Shown here: positions 33,842 through 39,178 of the stretch, piece after piece
Numbering within the stretch: the first letter of the stretch is position 1
How the letters are laid out: every line of letters starts with the position of its first letter
Notes under the pieces: generated by a model
The model's database searches: none
What the model saw: only the letters and a program-made list of their open reading frames with translations
What the model was told of the DNA's origin: nothing
Made by a program: the position numbers and the translations under genes
Assembly: GCA_030655275.1 (NCBI GenBank)
Contig: JAURVW010000746.1
Location: forward strand, 1 to 39,178
Reading direction: 5' to 3'
From: Solirubrobacteraceae bacterium
GTDB taxonomy: Bacteria > Actinomycetota > Thermoleophilia > Solirubrobacterales > Solirubrobacteraceae
Length of the DNA: 39,178 nucleotides

Positions 33842-34627
33842 CTAGCCCTGGGCCGCTGCGGCGTCCGCCACGTGATCGAGGATCTCGCGCTGGAGGCGCT
33901 CCTCGGTGGCGAGACGCTGCTCGTCGGTCGCCTCCCAGACCTCGTCGAAGAGCTGCTTGGCGCGCGTCACCGCCAGCGGCGACTTCGAGGCGATCTCGGT
34001 CGCGAGGGCCAGGGCCTCGGCGGCGGGATCCTCCGCGGTTCGGGTCACGAGTCCGAGCTGGGCGGCCTCCGTGCCCGTGACGTTGCGGCCGGTGAGCGTG
34101 AGTTCCTTGGCGTGGTCGATCCCGATGAGCTTGGGGAGTGCGGGCGTGATGGCCATGTCGGGGATGAGGCCCCAGCGGATCTCGGCGATCGCGAGCTTGG
34201 CATCGGGGGCGGCGATGCGGATGTCGGCGCCGAGGGCGATCTGGAGGCCGCCGCCGAGCACGTTGCCGTGGAGCGCAGCGATCACCGGGACCGGCACGGC
34301 CTTCCAGTGGTAGCTCACCCGCTGCACGAGGTTGGCGATGTCGCCGGCGTCCTTCTCCAGGAGCGCGGTGGTCGAGCCGGCGAAGTCGGCGCCGTCACCG
34401 ATGATCGCCTGGATGTCGAGGCCCGAGCAGAAGCTCTTGCCCTCGCCGCGCAGGACGACCGCGCTGATCTCGCCGGCCTCGGCGAGGGCGCGGATCTCAC
34501 GCGTGGCGGCGTCGATCGCGTCGAACATCGGCCGGTCGAGCGCGTTGTGCTTCTCGGGCCGCGTGAGCACGACCACGGCGACGCGCCCCTCCGCTTCGCG
34601 ATCGATCCGAACCCGCTGCTCGCTCAT
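33842..34627 (-). CDS. Enoyl-CoA hydratase/isomerase (crotonase) family protein
   Basis: LTRPEKHNAL, GEGKSFCSGLDI, LHGNVLGGGLQIALGADIRIA and EIRWGLIPD fit the family. The start is ATG 34627, with TACGCT 6 nt upstream. Confidence 0.9.
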   Translation of the reverse strand: MSEQRVRIDREAEGRVAVVVLTRPEKHNALDRPMFDAIDAATREIRALAEAGEISAVVLRGEGKSFCSGLDIQAIIGDGADFAGSTTALLEKDAGDIANLVQRVSYHWKAVPVPVIAALHGNVLGGGLQIALGADIRIAAPDAKLAIAEIRWGLIPDMAITPALPKLIGIDHAKELTLTGRNVTGTEAAQLGLVTRTAEDPAAEALALATEIASKSPLAVTRAKQLFDEVWEATDEQRLATEERLQREILDHVADAAAAQG

Positions 34628-34633
34628 GCACAG

Positions 34634-34639
34634 AGCGTA
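34634..34639 (-). promoter_or_regulatory. -10-like hexamer TACGCT (minus strand), 6 nt before ATG 34627
   Basis: The minus strand reads TACGCT-CTGTGC-ATG. Confidence 0.5.
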
Positions 34640-34648
34640 CGCGCCGGC

Positions 34649-34674
34649 TGCGCAGTTTCGCTGCGAACTGCGCA
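34649..34674. promoter_or_regulatory. 9-8-9 inverted repeat, candidate operator in the divergent promoter region
   Basis: TGCGCAGTT-TCGCTGCG-AACTGCGCA has perfect 9-bp arms. It sits where the -35 of the hydratase promoter would lie. Confidence 0.4.
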
Positions 34675-34708
34675 ACTCTGCCTGGATGTCGAGCCCAGAC
34701 TGCAGGGC

Positions 34709-35986
34709 ATGCAGACGCTTGGCATCGACCTGTCGACCGACCCGAAGAAGGTCTGGACCTGTGAGATTGACTGGAGCGAGTCGCCGCCGAAGGTGATCTC
34801 GCTCGAGCAGCTCAGTCAGGTCCGCGACCCACTCCTGCCGCCGGGTGCCGGGGAGGAGATCGAGGTCACGCGCGGGTCCGGCCCGCCGGTGATGTCGCGG
34901 GTGGTGCGCAACGGGCGGCCGCTGCCGGGCATCCGGACGGAGGCGAGCCTGATCGCCGAGCTCGTCGAGCGAATCACTGCATTCGCGCCGAGCGCGGAGC
35001 GGGTGGTCGGCCTGGGCGCGCCGCTGGGCTGGCCCGTCCCCTTCGTGGAGGCGATCTCGGACTGGGACGAGGGCGACCTGCAGGGCTTCCGCAAGCGGCC
35101 CGATCTGCGGCTCCGCACGACCGATCGTTTTCTGCAGCTCGTGGCGCGGGTCACGCCGATGAGCGTGAGCACCGACCGCACCGGCTCGACGGCGATGCTG
35201 CTCGCCGAGGTCCTGTCCCGCTCTGCCCGGCGACTCGACCGGCCGGCGTTCGACCGCTGTGGCGCGACCGACGGCATCGCTGAGGTCAATCCGGCGGCGG
35301 CGCTCCGGGCCTGGGCCGACGTGGCCGGTGAGCCGATCGCGTTCGGGAGCTACAAGGGCTGGCGGGTGCCGCGGGAGACGATCGTGCTGAAGTTCGTGCA
35401 GGCGGGGCTCGAGATCACGCCGCGGCAGGGGGAGGCGATGTGCGAGTCCTCCGACGCCCTGGATGCGTTCGTGTGCGCGCTCGTGGCGAGAGCCGTCGCG
35501 CTCGAGCAGACGATCACGCCGTCGGGCACGATCGACGCCGACGAGCTCGTGCCCCGCCCCTCCGGCGGCGCCGACTCCGTCGAGGCCTTCACCCAGCGAC
35601 TCGACGCCGCTCGCGCCCTGCAGGTCGAGGCCGTGCGGACGGGCGCGAGCGAGGGCTGGATCCACGTGCCGCGACGGGGCCCACTGTCGACGGCGCTCGA
35701 CACCACCCCGGGCTCGGCGACGTGGGAGCCGCCGCAGTCGTGGGACCCGGCCTGGGAGGACCCCACGCTCACGCCGCCGGACTGGGCTTACGAGAACGGC
35801 TTCGACGACGAGGGCGACGAGTTCGGTGCGCCTCCGCTCAGCCCGGCGGACCGGATCGCGCTCGAGACGCTTCAGGCGAGGGCGCGCGACGCCGGCTGGG
35901 CGAGGGCGACGGCGATGGCGCGTGGGGCCGGCGTGGGGCCGGCCCCCGCATTCGACGACGACCTCTTCTCGGTGTCGGTTCCGTGA
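34709..35986 (+). CDS. DUF429-like (RNase-H-fold) protein with acidic/Trp-rich C-terminal extension
   Basis: The N-terminal MQTLGIDLS and the later SSDALDAFVCALVARA resemble the DUF429 pattern. Only the part from ATG 34709 onward is credible, because the upstream 311 codons of the listed ORF are antisense to the hydratase gene. Confidence 0.6.
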   Translation: MQTLGIDLSTDPKKVWTCEIDWSESPPKVISLEQLSQVRDPLLPPGAGEEIEVTRGSGPPVMSRVVRNGRPLPGIRTEASLIAELVERITAFAPSAERVVGLGAPLGWPVPFVEAISDWDEGDLQGFRKRPDLRLRTTDRFLQLVARVTPMSVSTDRTGSTAMLLAEVLSRSARRLDRPAFDRCGATDGIAEVNPAAALRAWADVAGEPIAFGSYKGWRVPRETIVLKFVQAGLEITPRQGEAMCESSDALDAFVCALVARAVALEQTITPSGTIDADELVPRPSGGADSVEAFTQRLDAARALQVEAVRTGASEGWIHVPRRGPLSTALDTTPGSATWEPPQSWDPAWEDPTLTPPDWAYENGFDDEGDEFGAPPLSPADRIALETLQARARDAGWARATAMARGAGVGPAPAFDDDLFSVSVP

Positions 35987-36073
35987 CTCCCCACGGAATG
36001 CTCATCGGCCACGTCCGGGTGCCGCGCGGCATTGCGCGGCGGGGGGCGCCGCACGGAGGGCGGCGCCGGGAGC

Positions 36074-36472
36074 TCAGCGGAAGCCGGGCGGCGGCACCGA
36101 CGTGCGGCGCTGCTCGGGAGCCCGGCGCGTGTCGGCCTCGGCCGGCGAGCGGAAACGGTTGCCGGGGACGGTCGGCTGACGGTGGTCCTCGGCCGGTGCG
36201 TGCGCCGCAGCCTGGGCGGCGAGAAAGGCGAGCGGGTCTTCCGTCACCACGCGCAGGGCGGAGGACGGGGAGTTCTCGTCGATCTTCGGCGGCAGCGGCG
36301 GCACGTACGGCGTGAACGGCACGTGGGGCCCGCCCGCGCCGTACGAACCGGGAGGCACGTAGGCCTCCGCGGCACGGGGCAGCGGGGAGACCGGAACGAG
36401 CGCTGGAGCGACTGCCGACAGGGAGGCGTTCGCGCCAGAGCGCGTCGGCGGATGGTGACGGTCTCGACTCAT
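36074..36472 (-). CDS. Proline-rich hypothetical protein, 132 aa
   Basis: ATG 36472 has GGAG 7 nt upstream. The sequence is low-complexity and Pro/Ala-rich, with no recognisable motif. Confidence 0.4.
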   Translation of the reverse strand: MSRDRHHPPTRSGANASLSAVAPALVPVSPLPRAAEAYVPPGSYGAGGPHVPFTPYVPPLPPKIDENSPSSALRVVTEDPLAFLAAQAAAHAPAEDHRQPTVPGNRFRSPAEADTRRAPEQRRTSVPPPGFR

Positions 36473-36712
36473 GGTCGACTCCACGTTAGACCACGTCCGG
36501 GTCCAGCGCCAGGAGTTGAGCATCCCCCGACAAAAGGTATGAAGGGCGCGCTTGGGCAGTGGACGGCCAACCATCGAAAAGACCCGTGTCCATTGTGGTT
36601 TCTGGACGCCGTGAGGTGGCCGCCGAGCCTGTTGAGCATCGACCGTCCAGAGGCCCGTCTGGCCCGTTGCCGATCGAGGGCTCGGCCTCGGGGAACTGCC
36701 TGCGCAGACCAG

Positions 36713-37537
36713 TCAGACCGGCTGGTCGTGCGGACACCACCAGAGTGTCCGGCCAGCCAGCGGTTCAGAACTCACGGGGCCACCGCAGGTGTAGCAGCGC
36801 ACTCGCTTGTAGACGCACTTGCCCTTGGCGCGCGGTATCCGACGACGCGCCGCGGAGGTGCGCGGGGCGTCGGGGATCGTGACGATCATCCCGTCTCCCA
36901 ACCCCTGCTTGAGTTGGGCCTGCATCCGCACCCAGAGGGCCAGGCCCTCATCCTCGCTCAGCGAGTTGGCCGCGCGGTGCGGATGCATGCGCTCGGCATG
37001 GAGCGCCTCGGCCCGGTAGACGTTGCCGATCCCGGCGACGACGCTCTGGTCCATCAACGCCTCCGCGATCGAGATCTTCCGGCGCGAGAGGGCGGCCAGG
37101 AAAAGCGCGGGATCGCCGTCGCGGCGCAGCGGGTCGGGCCCCAGTCGCGCGAGCAGCTTGGCCTCGACGGGCGGCGGCAGCAGCTCGCAGATGGTCGCGC
37201 CGCTGAGGTCGATGGTCCACGCCTCTCCGACCATGCGCAAGCGCTTCTGGCCGGTCGGATCGCGCGGCGGCGAGGCCTGACGGAAGAACTTGCCGAAGAG
37301 ACCGAGATGCACGTGGAGCGTGCGCTGGTCGGCCTTGCGCACGCGGCCCTCGGTCGCCGGCGCGAACCGGTAGAGCAGGTGCTTGCCATGGGCGTCGATC
37401 CGCCGGAGCACGAGGCCGTCGAGCTCGGCGGCCGTATCGGCCGACCGGCCCTGGGGCGACGTCACCGCGACCGGCGCACCGCCGAGGTCGCGCATCTGAT
37501 CGCGGGCGGCGGCATGGATGGTGTGTCCCTCGGGCAC
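36713..37537 (-). CDS. nei: Fpg/Nei-family DNA glycosylase (endonuclease VIII-like)
   Basis: The N-terminus is (M)PEGHT. The H2TH motif is LMDQSVVAGIGNVYRAEALH. The C-terminal zinc finger is CYTCGGPV...WWCPHDQ. The start is GTG 37537, with TAGGCT 6 nt upstream. Confidence 0.9.
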   Translation of the reverse strand: MPEGHTIHAAARDQMRDLGGAPVAVTSPQGRSADTAAELDGLVLRRIDAHGKHLLYRFAPATEGRVRKADQRTLHVHLGLFGKFFRQASPPRDPTGQKRLRMVGEAWTIDLSGATICELLPPPVEAKLLARLGPDPLRRDGDPALFLAALSRRKISIAEALMDQSVVAGIGNVYRAEALHAERMHPHRAANSLSEDEGLALWVRMQAQLKQGLGDGMIVTIPDAPRTSAARRRIPRAKGKCVYKRVRCYTCGGPVSSEPLAGRTLWWCPHDQPV

Positions 37538-37543
37538 TGCTTG

Positions 37544-37549
37544 AGCCTA
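37544..37549 (-). promoter_or_regulatory. -10-like hexamer TAGGCT (minus strand), 6 nt before nei GTG
   Basis: The minus strand reads TAGGCT-CAAGCA-GTG. Confidence 0.5.
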
Positions 37550-37763
37550 CGAAGCAACGTGGCGTCGGGCTCACGACGTCGCCTCGATCCCATCGCCCCG
37601 GGCCCACGACCGGGACCGAGATCCGATCGTCCTCGCTCGCGTTGCGCCTTCACCTCCCGTTCCCTTCGCTGAACGGCGTCGTCGAGGACCCTGCCGCCCG
37701 GTCGCTCCACGCGGTACTGAGCGAAACCACAACGACGGAAATGCGCCTGGAATGTCGAAACGC

Positions 37764-37793
37764 TTGTTTGACCAGATTCCGGTGTTGTACCTT
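37764..37793 (+). promoter_or_regulatory. Promoter-like element TTGTTT-18 nt-TACCTT in a locally AT-richer patch
   Basis: The -10 fits the TAnnnT class used at 15 genes here. No ORF follows. It would drive the candidate ncRNA. Confidence 0.3.
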
Positions 37794-38031
37794 TGTCGTG
37801 TGACAGGGATCGCCCCGGTTCTTGTCACTTGCCATCAATAATCTTCCCGGCCTGGCTTCCTCCCCCCGGACCAGCGCTCTTCCAACTCCACCGGCCAAGA
37901 CGCTTGCGTCGGCCACCGGGGGAGACGGGGACTCGGGCGTAGCGGCAGGATCGCTGCTGCGCCCGACAACCGTCACAGCAGCCCGTCGCACGACTCCCCG
38001 ATGTCTTCGGGGAAATGGCGACGAGCTGTGG

Positions 38032-38189
38032 TCCGTCTGTCCCGAGACGGATCTGTCCCGACACTCGAAACACCCCGTTCCCCGGTCCCGCGGCGGAACG
38101 CGTCCCAGATCCCAGCCCGCTCCTGGTCCCGCAGGAGCATCGTCCCGAATACCGCTCCCTGGTCCCGCAGGCGAGCACCGTCCCAATAC
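38032..38189 (+). repeat. Four degenerate tandem units (35-46 nt) of hairpin with GTCCCG loop plus GTCCC(G/A) linker
   Basis: Loops lie at 38039, 38085, 38126 and 38162. Linker motifs lie at 38055, 38102, 38142 and 38180. Stems are CCGTCT/AGACGG, TTCCCCG/CGGCGGA (one mismatch), GCTCCTG/CAGGAGC and GCTCCCTG/CAGG(c)GAGC. Confidence 0.8.
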
Positions 38190-38240
38190 AAACGGACCAC
38201 GGTCCCGGTAGCGCTCAGCTACCGGGACCGTGGTCCGTTT
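38190..38240. terminator. Bidirectional intrinsic terminator (23-bp perfect stem)
   Basis: AAACGGACCACGGTCCCGGTAGC-GCTCA-GCTACCGGGACCGTGGTCCGTTT. T-rich runs flank it on both strands. It lies 41 nt past the permease stop codon. Confidence 0.75.
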
Positions 38241-38280
38241 CGTTCGTGGGCGGCGTTCTTGCCGTTGCGGCCGTTCCTTT

Positions 38281-39178
38281 CTAGACGGCTTCGAGGGCGG
38301 GCAGGGATGGGGCGAGGTCGTCGGCGTTCGCCTCGGCGTCGGGAAGGATATGGCCCTGCGCCTTCACGGCGCCGTAGACGACGGCACCGACGACCGCGAT
38401 CACCGCCATCGAGATGAGGCAGCCCCACTCGACGTACCAGGAGAGACCGAGCTCCCGGGGCCAGGCGATGTTGACGATCTCGAACGCCAGCCAGGCCACC
38501 GCGAGGGCATTGATCGTGGTGCCGTACTTGCCGAGCTTGATGCCGACCTCCCCGCCGGTGGGCGACGGGTCGAAGCCCTCCCGCACCCGCAGGATCAGGA
38601 GCGCGACGAGCGGCAGGAAGAACGAGACGTAGAAGCCGACCGTCGCCAGGCCGATGAGCGTGTCGTAGAACTTCAGCGACACCGCGACGACCAGCAGGAC
38701 GGCGGCGATGCCTGACGTCACGAAGATCGCGTTGATCGGCAGGTGCTCGCGGCCCGAGAGCTTGCCGAGCGTGGCGGAGGCCGGCAGGACCTTGTCGCGG
38801 GAGAGCGCGAAGACGACGCGCGACACCGCGGCCTGCACCGCGACCAGACCGGCCGTGAAGCCGGTGCAGACGACGATGAACATCGGCGTGACGATCCAGG
38901 AGCCGAAGGCGGACTCGAGGGTCATGGCGATCGGGTCGACGACGTTGCCGGCGGCGATGGCGCCGAGGTCCGGGATGGCCAGGACGAGCGCCAGGCCGGC
39001 GTACATCACGATCGAGGCAACGAAGACCAGCGAGAAGATGAGCGCCTTCGGGACGTTGACCCGCGGGTTCTCGACCTCCTCGGCCACGGCGCCCGCCGTC
39101 TCGAAGCCGATGAACGCCCAGCCGACGAGCGAGACGGCGACGAGGAACCCGCCGAAGGTGTAGCCGCTGCCGCCGTCC
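38281..39178 (-). CDS. APC-superfamily amino acid permease, C-terminal part (5' end outside the window)
   Basis: The frame stays open to the window edge. FIGFETAGAVAEEVENPRVNVPKALI is the typical APC motif, and several hydrophobic helices follow. The listed GTG 39087 is internal. Confidence 0.85.
   Translation of the reverse strand, partial: DGGSGYTFGGFLVAVSLVGWAFIGFETAGAVAEEVENPRVNVPKALIFSLVFVASIVMYAGLALVLAIPDLGAIAAGNVVDPIAMTLESAFGSWIVTPMFIVVCTGFTAGLVAVQAAVSRVVFALSRDKVLPASATLGKLSGREHLPINAIFVTSGIAAVLLVVAVSLKFYDTLIGLATVGFYVSFFLPLVALLILRVREGFDPSPTGGEVGIKLGKYGTTINALAVAWLAFEIVNIAWPRELGLSWYVEWGCLISMAVIAVVGAVVYGAVKAQGHILPDAEANADDLAPSLPALEAV

Larger units (their letters stand above)
37800..38245 (+). 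ncRNA. Candidate novel structured small RNA carrying nine GUCCC motifs (5' end approximate)
   Basis: The region has no credible ORF. It has an upstream promoter-like element, four GUCCCG hexaloop hairpins, four GUCCC(G/A) linkers and a terminal 23-bp hairpin followed by TTTCGTT. The strand is inferred from the array-before-terminator order. Confidence 0.35.

Noticed and set aside
33776-34708. N-terminal 311 codons of the 736-aa + strand ORF
   Set aside because: It is antisense to the well-supported enoyl-CoA hydratase gene. Protein-like sequence (DUF429 pattern) begins only at ATG 34709.
38032-38189. Reading the array on the minus strand as a CsrB/RsmZ-like RNA (loops CGGGAC containing GGA)
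   Set aside because: On the minus strand the array lies immediately downstream of the permease terminator with no room for a promoter. It is kept only as an alternative hypothesis inside the main finding.
37650-38211. ORFs 37650-38186 (-) and 37822-38211 (+) inside the nei-permease spacer
   Set aside because: The translations are low-complexity Pro/Arg/Gly/Ser. There is no start-site support (no TAnnnT offset, no SD). The reading frames run straight through the hairpin repeat array, which is better explained at the nucleic-acid level.
38032-38240. The GTCCC repeat array as a CRISPR array
   Set aside because: The units are only 35-46 nt in total, degenerate, and have no constant repeat/variable spacer organisation. 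There are no cas genes in the window.
1-39178. Mobile elements, prophage, integrase/transposase, toxin-antitoxin or known defence operons
   Set aside because: No translated ORF shows integrase, transposase, phage structural, restriction-modification, Cas, CBASS, retron or similar signatures. The lone methyltransferase (5768) has no adjacent nuclease or specificity gene.

Overview
By eye this is a roughly 70% G+C, actinobacterial-type chromosomal segment (composition not computed; the taxon is an inference). I call about 37 protein-coding genes, densely packed on both strands. Most are housekeeping or accessory metabolism. Confident family calls are a membrane GGDEF/EAL protein, NucS, RtcB, SppA, EttA, PepT, YjbQ, an M42 peptidase, an enoyl-CoA hydratase and Nei. 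Lower-confidence calls include two AraC-plus-VOC pairs and several hypothetical secreted proteins. I found no rRNA, tRNA, CRISPR array, transposase, integrase or recognisable defence operon. Many long ORFs in the supplied track are antisense or out-of-frame shadows typical of high-GC DNA, and several true starts lie well inside the listed ORFs.

Three observations stand out:
1. A ~740-nt gene-free gap (37538-38280) holds four consecutive hairpins that all have the hexaloop GTCCCG. They are interleaved with linkers carrying GTCCC again and end in a perfect 23-bp terminator hairpin. I read this as a candidate undescribed multi-motif small RNA.
2. Fifteen genes carry a TAnnnT hexamer exactly 6-7 nt upstream of the start codon. 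This implies leaderless mRNAs and fixes many start sites.
3. Two tandem unannotated 45-47-aa hydrophobic mini-ORFs (555-698, 747-884) each have such a promoter.

All family assignments come from motif recognition by eye. No database search was run.
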